Source: Catajapyx aquilonaris
Taxonomy: Eukaryota
Assembly (NCBI GenBank): GCA_000934665.2
Contig: KZ538040.1
Coordinates: 1 to 64,000 of the forward strand
Direction of reading: 5' to 3'
Length of the DNA: 64,000 nucleotides
In this document: piece by piece, positions 25,244-37,770 of the stretch
Numbering within the stretch: the first letter of the stretch is position 1
Layout of the letters: every line of letters begins with the position of its first letter
The notes under the pieces: generated by a model
The model's database searches: none
Told to the model about the DNA's origin: nothing
What the model saw: the letters and a program-made list of their open reading frames with translations, nothing else
Position numbers and translations under genes: made by a program

Positions 25244-25414
25244 CGGGATCCGGACTTTTAGCCCCCGGCGTATTCGCCCCCGTGACATACTCCACTTTGA
25301 AGCATTCGGCTGGGCATTTCTAGAGAAGTGACCTGGCCTTGTTGTAGCCTGGCAACGGCGGGGGCGAAATTGTCACGGGGGCCAATATGCCGGGGGCTAA
25401 AAGTCCGAGACCCC
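25244..25414. mobile_element. MITE with ~43-bp TIRs (~170 bp)
   Basis: GGGATCCGGACTTTTAGCCCCCGGCGTATTCGCCCCCGTGACA pairs with TGTCACGGGGGCCAATATGCCGGGGGCTAAAAGTCCGAGACCC. Flanked by the direct repeat TAG(C). Confidence 0.75.
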
Positions 25415-26639
25415 TAGCCTCTACCTCACGAGTCGTGAAGAGGAGGCTAATTTGAGGTTAAGGTCGGCTACCTTACTCATTTCCCCGAGTACTATGCACA
25501 ATGATGAGACTGTACATAGCTCTCAGTAGTCAGAAAGTGGGTTAGGTAGCCCGGACATACAGACAAACTTTCTGATTTATTGTGTCAGATATGTATGCCA
25601 TAGTTGTCGTTGAAATTATTCATTAACTCCACATAAATATGCAAATTTAATTCCTCAGCAGATAATTAGTTTCCAGTCAATAAATTAATGCTGGAAAAAG
25701 CAAACATGACTTCCAACACTACCACCTGGTTCAATTTCCGTTTCCAAGTTAATTGTTGCAACCTTGCAAGAATGAGTCAGATGACAGCTGTATTTGAGCT
25801 GAACATGGGCAGGGGGTGTGGGCGGATTTAAAACTTGAACCCCGGACATTTTTGGGCCGTCCGTCCCCCTACTGGGTGTCCAAATATGGGCGATATACTC
25901 TTGCCTTAGTGAAACTTCAACATAAAATGACAGGCCATTAATTTCCCTCTTGGGCTTTCTTCTGGGCCAAGCCAAAACCCTCCAATCAGGTTTCCGGGAG
26001 TCGTGTTACGGCCCCGGCTTTTGCCTCATCCCAAATAGGAAGCCTAATTACTTAGCTTTGACTTTTAATCCTGATTAGCCAGGCCGTGCTTGTCGCCTCC
26101 AGGGTTACAACCGGTCCCCTAAAAAAAAAAAAGTGGCTTAAAAAGAGCGGGTCCCCAGTAGTTTGGGTCATTTTCTGGCCTCGTTCACCCAAGTTCATAA
26201 ATGAAGCCAAATTTTGAGTGAATGGGGTGGGGAGAGGAGGGGCATGGGAAGGGGGGGGGGGTCGAAATTCATAATTACAAATTACGTCCCTATTGTTTGA
26301 GCCTTTTGACGCGGCGCGAATTGGCTTTTCATTTGACGGCGTGCTCTGTCCGAGGGGATAATATTTGTTAAGTGAGCATAATGCAAACGGGTAGGGTGGT
26401 GTAGGGCAGGGCGGGGGCGTTTGAAATGTAAAGCACTGTCCATAAAATCAATATTTCGGGAGGGGACAAAAATTTCCGGCCGATAACTAGTGTCGTTTCA
26501 ATAGCCAATTGACAGGTCGGAAGTCCAAAAGGGGGATGAAACGCCAAAAGTCAAGCCGACTGTCCGAAGAATATCGTTGTTGCAAATGTAAGCCAATGTT
26601 TTTAATTTAATTTGTTTATTTATTTACGTGTTTATTTGG

Positions 26640-26843
26640 AAACGTGCGGTTTTCGAACTTTTCTCTTAAAATCAGCGGCACATAAGTCATCGGTGTGCCA
26701 AGTTTCATCACTCTCAGTAGTCCGGAAGTGGGTCAGGTATCATCCCCACCCCCTGAACACTACTGATGACTCACCTTGGACAAAAACGGACAAACAGAGG
26801 CACAGAATCAAGCCAATTCTATGTAAGTTTACAGTAAGATAAG
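26640..26843 (-). mobile_element. Helitron-like element with a family A 5' end and family B interior
   Basis: 26762-26822 matches family A (reverse complement AGAATTGGCTTGATTCTGTGCCTCTGTTTGTCC..GTGAGTCATCAG). 26645-26738 matches family B ('gtgcggttttcg..gtgtgccaagtttca..gtagtccggaagtggg', compare 13346-13430). Confidence 0.7.
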
Positions 26844-27744
26844 ATCCATCTAAGAATCATGATGACACACTCTGCCCATTAAATCGCGTTGTACACGCCT
26901 TCAATTACACCAGTGACGACTTCTAGAAACTGTGGCCCGGGCACTGGTCCAACTCGATTTCAAAGTAACTATCGTGGCGACTTTTCCGGCAATTTTTTGG
27001 TGAATCACTGCCTGATGGGTGGAAAGTTTCAAGTGCGGGCCACTTTGACTTTTTTCTCTTTTTTTAACCCCCCCCCCCCCCTCCCTTTCCCGGAAGCAAT
27101 TACTGGCAAGAATAATCTACAAAGATACTTGTGGAGAGCTAATAGGGTGCGGGCTCTTTTGGCGGCGCCATCGTAATGGGTCGAGTCCTACTGAAATTGC
27201 GATATCCGCTGGGGACAACTTGGCTCCTGAGGAAGGAAAGGTGACAAGTGTGCACTTAGAGAAGGGTGGAGTATAAGTTGGACCTTTAAAAAAAAATTTA
27301 AAGAGTGGGTGTTAGTTGAGATGTGCGTGAAGCTGTGACGAAGCAGGAACAGGTGCTAAAGGGGGAGCGGCTCTTGCTCAAAGTTGCGGAAGAGCGGAGT
27401 TACCAGTTTTTTGGAAGCCAGTTGCGATGCGACGACTAAATTGGGGGAAGAGTTACGCACTTTTTGTAAGGCTTTTGTTATAAAGGGGGATTGCCTCTCT
27501 CTTTTTTTTTGACGTAGAGGGGTCACGATGTGTGCGCATGCAGGGACGTAATCAAGAACTCTTTTGTCTTCCAGGCAAGGGCTGGCTGGAGGACATGGAT
27601 GGCCTCCCACAAGAAGAGGCTCAAGAGGACCACCCCTGAGTGGGCTTTGGAACTGGAGTTATCTTTAAGAAGGTAAGAAACATCAACATGTGTATACAGG
27701 CGCCGTTTACACAAAACCATTCATCAGTCACAGGAAATAATAGA

Positions 27745-28380
27745 CAGAATTGGCTAGAGTCTGTGACGCTGTTTGTCCATATCCGCGGTGAGTCATCAGT
27801 AGTGTGCAGAGGAGGAGGACGCGCCATCTATGTGAGACATATGGTACTAGGTCCACATTCAGGGGGCAGTGTTCCGCCAAGATTTGGTAATGGGTACACT
27901 CTTGCAATAAATAAATACAAAAATGAATAAACACAAAAATACATAAATTAATGAACACAAAAATAAATCCATAAATTATATAAATGAATAAATACATAAA
28001 TATAAACAGAACAATAGATAAACGGAAAATAAATAAATAAGTATACGTAAAATAAATGTAAATAAATGTATATAAATATAATATAAAATATAAATAAAAT
28101 ATAAATAAAAATATAAAATAATAAATAAAAATGTATAAATACCGTACTGTCGAGTACATACAGTACGTATACACACATACCACATACATAAGACAGTTGA
28201 TTAAATTTGCTAGGTACAGCATATGTATGTAGTACCACTGCCCCTCTCATGACCCTGAAAGTGGCTGTAGTGTGCGGAGAATGCCAACCGCCATCTATGT
28301 GACGGGGATGGTACTACGTCCACAGTCAGGGGGGCCAGGGCAGTGTTGCCACATTTTGGCAAGGGGTTCACTCTTGCTAT
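27745..28380 (+). mobile_element. Two family A segments separated by an AT-rich low-complexity tract (~27905-28140)
   Basis: 'cgccatctatgtga..atggtacta.gtccac..tcagggggc..cagtgtt..ggg.tcactcttgc' occurs at ~27822-27905 and ~28289-28377. The second has a short hairpin TTGCCA-5nt-TGGCAA before the apparent end. Confidence 0.7.
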
Positions 28381-30714
28381 GACAAATTGTGCCTTGTGCT
28401 GTCTTCGATCAGAAAATGTGTCAACACCGTATACAGGGTGTGCCATGAGTAGCGTCAGATCTTAAAGAAAGAGGGGGAAAAAAGGGTATCAAGGCCAGCC
28501 CCATTCCTTCATTTGGAGTCCAGCCCAGGGTTATCATTAGAGGCCATTATGGCCCCTGCTCGGCAGACCAGTTGAGCTTCCTAATGGATCAAACTTCTTT
28601 CTTACACTTTTTTTTCTCATAGAAAAAAAGGGGGGAAGACGTCTACACATTCTTTGCTGCCCACCTTTGCTCTTAGAGGGGTTTACTCATCTATGTAATT
28701 GGGGTTTAGACTCGAGACAATAATTTCGGGGCCTTGCTAGGGTTACTTTGCCAGCACCGCCTTGTAAGAGGTAAAAATGAACGCGTTTATGACTCGTCTT
28801 AAGAAAGAAAGAAAAAATAACCGTGGGAACAAGACAACTCTCGAGTGCTATCTTTTTACAGCCTATTTCACTTTTTGAAAGAAGTGAATGGGTCGAGCCG
28901 ACAAACAACAACGGATGAGAATAGTCTAGAATCTTCAAAGTGCACGGAATGAATATTTTTGTTAGAGTGTCGCTATAGTTTATGCCTACAAATTGCAACC
29001 GGTAGAGTTCTTTAAAAGAAGAGGATAGTGTTCGTGACGACCGGCCATAACTTACAGGTTTTGTGCATTTGCGTAAAATGTTATGCTCAAGTCGTGTCGC
29101 GTTAATCACCGGTTGGAATCTCAGCGACACACCTTTTACTGGTTGGAATCGTCTGAAAGGAGAAAATGTTTTGGGCTATGCATCCTATTTATGCTTAGCA
29201 AGCTTTAGAAGCTCCTCTTCGTTATACAAGGAAAGAAGCCGCTGTGTGACCTAATAATTTTTAAAAAAACCATGTTTGATAACACATGTCTACCACCTAA
29301 AAACAGTTCCACTCTTGCGTGCTGTTTTTGCCACCACATGTAACCTATAACTTCAGGGCACATATCTGGAGGGGTCTACCATTATAGCCATCCCTCGTGA
29401 TGTGCGTGGATAATGGTCTCTCCAAAAACGCCCTCCCTCAGAGAGAGTTACACTGCAATCTGGCCAGACCGCAACAAAAAAAAGAGGAAGACAAGGCGAG
29501 AAAGTAGCCCCCAAGCTGAGGTGAAAGGTCATTGAAGGGAGACCCCCCCCCCCTTCTCTCCCCTTCCAAAGGGTCTGCCTTTTTCTCTAAGAGGGAGACA
29601 CGCAGTCTGGCAGAAATCTTTCTTCTTACAAACCCCACCAGACAGCGGTTTTCTCCGAGACAATCAAATTGCTCTTTTGTTCAACAGCGTCTCACCAGGA
29701 GGCGTGTTTACAAGTTGATCCTGAGCTGATCCACCATATTGCGAAAATGGTATCATTTAAGCAAGGTTTTCAAACATGTAGTCGAATTTCAAGGGTATAG
29801 CCTCTTCAAGGCTGTATTCTTAGGAAGAAGAAGAAGAAAAAAAAGAGGACCAGCTTGCAGTGGACTGAGAATAATGGAGTAGTGGAAAAGGGAGGATAGA
29901 AGAAGAGGCAGGCAAAAGGCACATCTGGCCACTGGAAATGTGCATTCCTTTTTCTAAGGGGAGGTGCTGTTCATGGTGGGGTCGAAAACTTTCAGGGGGA
30001 CGAAAGCCAGAGCTTCTAGCTAACTGCGATTTATTTCATGGGCCAACTGCGGAGAGTATAGTTTTTCCTGAGGGTTAAATAGAAGTACCACTGTTGCAAA
30101 TGTGTAGCCCTATACAAAGGTTGACCTGCAATTCGGATATTCGCAGGATTCAGGGGGGTTCAAAGGCGCGGGAGAGATCTCTCGTTTTTCCAGGACGGGT
30201 CTTGATTCCAATTACCTGGCAGTTTCCTTTTGACCGGCGCTAATTAAAATGCCAGTCTCCTTTGTACTCGTGCCATTGCTACACTGCCCGGCCCTCCGAT
30301 GTGTACCCCGGCTTTGATCTCTAGCGCCAGAACAAGTTGGCTTTGAATGATTTGCGTGTACTAACTCCCTCCGATCAGGACTGTAATACTGAAAGAAAAG
30401 TTTTGTTGCGAATTTATAGAGCAAAAACTGAGCAAAAATGAAACACTATTTTCCAACTAGTAGCCAAATTCAAGGCGAATTAAATAAATGAATATGTAAA
30501 TCTAGTGAAAATTGCAGAAATTAAATGAATTACTTATTAGGCAGGCATACATTATTAATAACTTTATTATTCATTATTGTTATTATTATAATACCCAGAT
30601 ATAACTAGCGTCCTATATAAGGACAGCACTTGTGCCATTTTTAGATTTTTATCTATAGTTCTTCATTAGCTCTAAAACATTTAAAATGTAAACAAAAAAA
30701 CAATGCAGGCATAC

Positions 30715-31050
30715 ACGTATTTTGTTAATTTGAAGTGAGACATTTATTATTTTTTAAATTTAATTTTATTGTCACAGTATTTCACTTTCATGTCTATCCT
30801 TTGTTGCAACTAATTAGTACGTACTTTGCTTTGTTTCCACTCGTTCTTCACACAATTTGTTAATTTGAAATGAATAATTTCTTATTTTTTAAATTTTATT
30901 TTATTGTCAAAATATAGTTTCACTTTCATGCCTATCCTTTTTTTTGCAACTGCGTACTTTGCTTTCACTCGTTTTTCACACATACTTTGCTAATTTGAAA
31001 TTAATAATTTATTGCATTTTAAATGTAATTTTATTGTCTACTGTCATGTC
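30715..31050. repeat. Three diverged ~133-bp tandem copies
   Basis: TTGTTAATTTGAA..TAATTTTATTGTC..TTCATGTCTATCC recurs at ~30722, 30857 and 30987. Confidence 0.85.
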
Positions 31051-32486
31051 TATCATTTTCGCTTTCCTTTCACTCTGCAATAATTATTTATGATATGCAG
31101 CTTTCTACAATAGGGACTTGCTTTTTTAAGCATATTTTTGAAAAACTCGTTTTTTAAAAATCCCCCGCTGGTTTCTGGCAGGAATTGCGATTCTGATTAA
31201 TTAGTCGCATTTCCATCGATTAAGATGAGGCAGGCGTCTAATGGAGATTCCTTGTCGGGGTATGAGGTATGAAGAGAGAAGAGGGGGGGGGAGGATGGAG
31301 GGGGGAGGGGGGGCGCACCTGGGACAAAGATGGGAAAGACGTGTTTGGATGTGAAACCTCCCCGAGTTGGAAGATAAGACATGGATGGATGGATCGCTCA
31401 GATTTTGGACGTGGGAATCCNCCCCCCCCCCCCCTTCAAAAAAAAAGTTTCTAATATATTTTAGTGTAAAAGAAAAAGTGTGCATGAACCCCGGGTATGG
31501 AGAGATGGAAAATTTTGATTAATTGACACAGAGAACTTGAGCAAACTTGTCATCAATTGCACTGTAGGGAGGGGGGAAAAAAAGTTTTGGAATTTTTTTT
31601 TTGGTTCCAGTTTGCTTAGAGTTTGAGCAAATTTTAATCATGATAATTGCGGTATATTCAAACTGAATATTTAAGCAAGGGTATATTACCTGCATGAAAT
31701 AGGTCAGTGATTACAGAGCCAGCAACTTCCCTAACTTCTCCTCTCTCAGCACTGGCACGCAGTGTTAATTATGGCGGTGGTCACCTTTCTCTCTCTCTCT
31801 CTCTTCTCCAAAATTCCGCTCTTTTGGTCTCGCGGTAATTATGGGGGCATTATCAAGCACAAACATTTGCGTTTCCAAAACGGGAGGCGGGCTTCCAAAT
31901 GTGGGTCCAGCAAGGAAGGAAGTGGACACCATGTCCAACCCTCAACCAAGCTTTTGGACTTGACTGAGTCTGAACTGTTACTTTGGCCTTTTCCTCTTCT
32001 GCCTTTTCCTCTCTTGCTGGGCTCGTCTGTGCTACAGATGTGAACATAAGGGAGAAAACCCCCTCAGTCCTCATGTAATTGCACGAGGAAATTCTACCCG
32101 GAGATTTTGTCGGGGAAATAGGGAGGCAGAAGGGAGGCCGAGGTCTCTTCCTGATTCAGTGTCCCACGTCCGCCAAACGACATAAGGGGATGTGGCTGCT
32201 GGAGGGAAGGTTTATCTCGATGAGAAATTGGAATAACGAGATGCATACATCGGAAAGTTAACTCCAGAAAACGTGAATGCACTCAACTGTCATCCTAAGT
32301 TATTCTAATGTTTGGCGGCTGTTAAAGGACAGAGAGAAAAAGGACTTTGTATATTAGGGTGGATAGGAACAGACTTGTTGACCATTGCCAGGTGTGGCTT
32401 GAAATAAAGTTAATAAGTTACGTCTTTGTTGTTTCCATTTGCACACACTTTAATATTTTAAAAAATAAGGGAAGGATTGATAATTT

Positions 32487-32960
32487 CATCAACTTGGTGC
32501 ATAATCATGTTAAATAAATAAATAAATTTGCAGCTAATTAATAAATAAGCGCTATGTATTAATAATTATGTTATGAAATACGTACATATCTAACTCAAAA
32601 AGATAGAGACTATTTTGCATTGAAACCAAATATAGTACATGCAATACATTCAATAATGAAAAATAGTTGCACAATAATCTGATGCAATAAAGAATGAAAT
32701 TAAAATATTTTGTCAAAATGGTACCAAAATTTAACAAATATTTTGCAAAAAAATGCAAGCAAATTAGTGCTTAAATTGGTGCTTGATAATCAACCTGGTG
32801 CATAATCATGTTAAATAAGTAAATAAATAAATAGATTTGCAGATAATAAATTCATAATCGAGTAATATACAATAAAGAATAAAATAATTTTTTTGCCCCA
32901 AATGGTACTAAAATTGAACAAATATTGTGCATAAAAGTTAGCAAGTTAGTGTTTAAATGG
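32487..32960. repeat. Diverged ~300-bp tandem duplication, AT-rich
   Basis: ATCAAC.TGGTGCATAATCATGTTAAATAA at ~32488 and ~32789; AAATGGTAC.AAAATT.AACAAATATT.TGCA at ~32716 and ~32901. Confidence 0.8.
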
Positions 32961-34237
32961 TATTGCAAATTTAATAGACATTTAAAAGTGCCATTGAGTG
33001 ATTAAATGAAAGTACAATTGCAGCAAAATTTGGAGCAGAGGCGTTTAAGTTTAACTAAACACCCTGCTTGATTAAACTTCCAGTGAAAAAAATAATAATT
33101 CGAGCAGTATAACTATTAGCATGATAGCTTCACGAAAAAGCGGCTTACTGCCAATATTAATAATCCAGCAATTTAATGTGCGCAACATTCCTCTTCACAA
33201 AAAAATTACTCTTGCAGAATGTCAAGCTACATGTCAATCATGCTCATATTTCATGTCGCCAAAGTGCAACGCGACAATTACTGCTCATGCGAGGCCCTCC
33301 TTTTTCCCTCCTGGGAAATTGCCTATTTTTAGTCGCATCTAGTCACCATGACTACAGGCTCAATTCCCCTCTGAAGCTGCGCAAAATTCGCAGATCCTGC
33401 ACAAAAAAAAGGCAAAAAGACACGGTTCAATTCCTTCATTTTTTTGATGCAGAAACGTTTCAATTTTGAGCTTCTACCTCCAATCCAGCAGGCCTGGGTT
33501 AATTACACCCCCACCAATTACGACAGAAACAAATTGATTTCATCTGAATGAGACCATGCAGCGGAAATCCGGGCACATTCATCAACCCGTGTCAGATAAG
33601 TCAAGCTACCCAAGTTCAAGCCCCGGATTAAGATATGGATTTAGCCATTTTCCTTAAAGGAGAGGCGGAGAAGAAAACGTAAATTGTCCGTGAGAAGCGA
33701 TGGGCATGTCAGCCGAGTAAAATGCTCTTGTCGAGCAGAGTGGAAGGTGCAAATTGCATGTTATGTTTTCATCAGGCCTAATTAGCAACTGGAGCTGAGA
33801 GGTTTTATTACACGCCATTCATCCCTCCAACATAACTTTGGATATTGGTAAAACCTCGCCATGGTATTATATATACCCTTCTCTAGAAACCGGGGGGCGC
33901 TTGGAAAGTCCCAGCAGGGGAGTGGCCCATCCAATATCCTTGGGACTATAAACCGTGAAGGCTGATTTTGCTGCCGAAATATTGATTCGCCAATAAGAAT
34001 CGAGAGTATTTCCTCGTAAATTTTAGTGGTAGTCATTAAATTTCCCCCCCGCAAAAATTATGTGCGTGTTGTATACTGAAATGTTCGGTTGAAGCAATAA
34101 AGCATTGCGAAAATCTTCTATGAAAGTCATTGAGTCATGTTGTTACCAAATAGGATTGATTCCTTCGCTATACTGTACGATATGGGAAGTGTAGGCGGGT
34201 AAAATGGGCTGCAAAATCATATTGGCATATGGGCATT

Positions 34238-34580
34238 AGTCCGGGGTGAGTCATCAGCTATACCAAGTGCGCACCATAGTTCGCGCATCGTGCACGGTTG
34301 GCATTATCATAGTTGGTAAGCAGCACTTATTTCCAACGCTACGATTGAAGTGGAGGGAACAAAATGGCCGACGTTTGCGACGTTGCCAAGGTTCTGGAAC
34401 GAACCGCAGAGGGAAGTAACTCTGGCAACGTTGCCAGAACGCTGGAGCTGCGTGGTAGTGGGTGCGCACTCGGTTGCGCTCGTAAAAAATGCATATATGT
34501 GCACTATAGCCCTGAGAGTGGCAGTAGTGTGCAGAAAGATGGCGCCACCTGGTAGTGGCAGAGCGTACTACGTCCTGCAG
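34238..34580 (+). mobile_element. Family C TIR element (~34260-34490) nested in a family A element
   Basis: Family A 'gtccggggtgagtcatcagcta' is followed by the family C body, then family A resumes with 'ccctgagagtggcagtagtgtgcag' (compare 57004). Confidence 0.7.
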
Positions 34581-35985
34581 TGTTGCCAGGTTGTGGAAAC
34601 TGATTCACTCTCATCAGAAGCTATTTCATTCTATCGCTGACTAGTACTACTGTATGTCCAATCTGGTTCTGGGAGTGATGAATTCGACCGAGTCCACAGT
34701 CCGCAGTTCCGCCTTATCGCTCCAGAAAAGCCATTTGTTCCAACCAAGAAATCGTGGACTGTCATCCACAGCACCCTATATACTCCTATAGGGCGCCTGA
34801 TGAAAAATAGATCCGCTCCTTGAAAGGACTTGGTCCTAATGGAGCATCTGACTTGTCCTAACTCCCTCCAGGTCATGTTGCGGCAGGACCTGAGAATGTC
34901 AAGTGTGTGGGACACTTTTTTTTTCTTCTTCTTCTTTCCAAACTAAAAGGAAAGAGTGTTTATAATGGCGGCCATGCCTGTCGGTCAGGAATGATAACAC
35001 TCTTGCGCGACAGGCGGCACTTTTTTTTTCTAGGGTTGTAAATAAAAAAATAGCACTTGTGGTGGAGTAACCCACCCGATAAAAACTGACAGGCTTGGAG
35101 TAGAGTGTGTGCCGAATTTATGAGCCACTTTTTTGGGGTCCAAAATAAGATTTTTTGGACGCCAGACAGATGTCAACATGGTGGGTTCTTGTGGGCCACC
35201 CTGTACTTTTTTTTGGTCGTTTGAAGGCCAAGGATGTTGGTCATCAAAGAGAGTGAATCATCAGTGCATATGCATCTAATAGTAATCAAGACCCGCTTTG
35301 TGAGGCCTCGCCAAGCCCTGTAATTTTGGTGGGTGGTTCGGTGGGTCGGGTTGGGTTGACATCCAGCCTACACCCCTCATTTGGAACCCCCCAAATGCGA
35401 CACCCATTTGCTTTCATCTGCCGACCGAGCTAATGCTTGCTTCTCAGATGTGTGTGATTTGAAATCAGAGGAAACTCTCAGAGAGAGTTCTTGGATCTTT
35501 TGATCGCGGCCCGGTCCAAATGCCACCTATGCTAATAATGCTTCATGATAATATGTGTGGGACGACAAAGTGTACTTTACATATAGAGGAATGAATGGGG
35601 CTTATCGGCGTGTTGTTTGGTGGAGGAAACCACTGTGTTACGTCACTTGTTGAACCAGCTTTTGCACTTATCGAAAAGGACACACACACACAAAAAAAAG
35701 TTGACAGAATGCATTGAATGGGGCTCGGCATGATAAGTAAGGGGCCATTAACATAAAGTAGTCCTAATACACGCTTGGTATTGTGACCCGGTTGGAGTCA
35801 AGCAGAGACATACCATGTGTTACGAAACGGGAATGGCAGCAGACAAATCGGTACAAAATGGCCACGAAAAGGAAGGTGGCCAATTTGTTTGCTACCGGTC
35901 ACACTTGTTTGCCTATAGAATATCTATACTGCATAGCCTAATTATATCAAAACATAGTCTCCTCTATTGTTCATTCTATTATTTA

Positions 35986-36253
35986 CTAGCAGGGGACCCG
36001 TTCTTCGCTACTTCGCACGGTTATTGATAAATAAAAGAAATCTGTGCCACATTTGCCAGATCACCAAACATAATTTTAAAAAAAATCAAAATTTTGGGCA
36101 TTTAGACTCAAATTATTGCAGCCGGTGTGGCTTTTCCCTGACTCAGCGGCATTCCAAGTTTCAGCACTCTCACTACTCTGAAAGTGTGTTAGGTAGCCGC
36201 CACATACAAAAAATACCAACAAACTTTCTGCTTTATATGTTGAAGTTGTAAGA
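35986..36253 (-). mobile_element. Complete non-autonomous Helitron (family B, 268 bp)
   Basis: Minus strand: A^TCTTACAACTTCAACATATAAAGCAGAAAGTTTGTTGGTAT ... CCGTGCGAAGTAGCGAAGAACGGGTCCCCTGCTAG^T. It has a 5' TC, a GC-rich subterminal hairpin, a 3' CTAG, and sits between A and T with no TSD, which are the established Helitron hallmarks. Confidence 0.85.
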
Positions 36254-37465
36254 TAACATTAACAGCAAGGAAATGCTGAAATTATTTAATGTCTGCAGTG
36301 AAAGTCAATGATCATGGATGCTAAAATATGTAATACGGCCATACAATGCAGCATTCTTTGAACTATATTTTTTATTAGATCATAGTTCATAGTCATCCAA
36401 CCCGTTAGTGTACACATTATATATTTCTTTTCGTACAGTACGACTTTTTTGCAAAAGTTATGGTTATGGCATGTCCTCGGTGCAGACCGGGTGCAGACTA
36501 TACATCTTAACGGCATGTCTTTTATTATCGTAAACTAAAGTATATTTTGCTCCCATTTTTGGAGCCTGCAAGTCTGTAGGGCGGGGCCCATCCCCCGCAG
36601 AAAATTTTCCTGAAACGACCCTAAGAGGCTGAAAAAGGAAATCTGCGCCCACTTGAGAACTAGCAGTTAAGAGACACGGTTGTTGCGCCCTCTTCATCTC
36701 CAAAAGTGGACCCTTTTTTTCTTCTTCTTCTTAGAAGCTTCCCCGCGCTAATGGCGATTTCCTATCGCCTTCTAGCAAGTGTGCAGCTGCTTTGTGTCAT
36801 GTGTCTCTCCAGTGCAGATTCGCAGGCTTCCAAAGAACCTTTTGGTTAGAGTTGGGCGATTGGGCTTGGAGATTGCACCACCCTAGCAACCTTCCCCCCT
36901 CCCCCCCCCTCTCTCTCTAACCGAACAGAGAAGATAGGATGGCATGGAACAAATGGCTTTATCTCTGACTCGCTGGGCCCACGTCTCTCTCCTTTTCCTC
37001 TCTGCACATCCTTGCTGCTTTGACGCCCGATGCAAGGACCCCATGAATGAACAGCCCCTGGTGCGCATTCAAGTTAGAACTTCGCCATCAGTTTGGGACA
37101 TCGCTGCTGTCAGCGGAACCGACACGTTTGGTCTATACAGGCCCTTAGAACAAGACCAAGGGGCGCTCAGAGATACGTTAACGTTCCGGGGGTTCGTTAT
37201 TCCTACGCGGGCAGAGATATAGGGCGACACACAGGATGTATCACTACGCCCAGACCAATCAGATGGCAGGAAAAAAGGGGATTGCTCATGCGCATATGTC
37301 AGACAATGGCGGAGAGTGTGAATGATCCCGATAAAACATTATTAGTGTTTATAGCTCTCTTGTAGCTTTTTAATGTAATTTTGATAACCACTAAAGTAGC
37401 TGTTTAATAATTTAAAAATCGCAACAGAAATTGGACAAGTCATTTCCATCACCTTATAAGCATTA

Positions 37466-37770
37466 CTAGCAGCGGACTCCGTTCTTCGCAGGGCCTGTTT
37501 CTATGGTAATCAAAGAAAAATCAGCCCTTGGCACCATTGAGAGTGTTGAATGTGATTGTTGCCATGGACAAATAAACAAACTTATCATTATCCTTATATG
37601 TACTATGGGGTTCAAATACTTTTGGCCACTTTATCCTGGTCTTGAAGCAACCCTTCACACAAACACACCTCCTTAACGTGGGGTCTGTGCGAAGGGTTGC
37701 TTCAAGACCAGGATAAAGTGGCCAAAAGTATTTGAACTCTATAGTACAGTACATGTATGTAAGAAGATTT
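37466..37770 (-). mobile_element. Non-autonomous Helitron interrupted by a MITE; adjacent sequence partly duplicated to ~37995
   Basis: Minus-strand 3' end GCCCTGCGAAGAACGGAGTCCGCTGCTAG^T resembles that at 35986. The 5' region reads TC..ATATAAGG..AGTTTGTTTATTTGTCCATGGCAAC once the MITE is removed. Confidence 0.65.
37603..37744. mobile_element. Fold-back MITE (142 bp, ~58-bp TIRs, TA target duplication)
   Basis: CTATGGGGTTCAAATACTTTTGGCCACTTTATCCTGGTCTTGAAGCAACCCTTC pairs with GAAGGGTTGCTTCAAGACCAGGATAAAGTGGCCAAAAGTATTTGAACTCTATAG. TA at 37601-37602 and 37745-37746. Confidence 0.85.

Noticed and set aside
27728..28250. Hydrophobic Y/I/F/L-rich ORFs (also near 23855, 46553 and 49801)
   Set aside because: They are translations of AT-rich low-complexity repeats.
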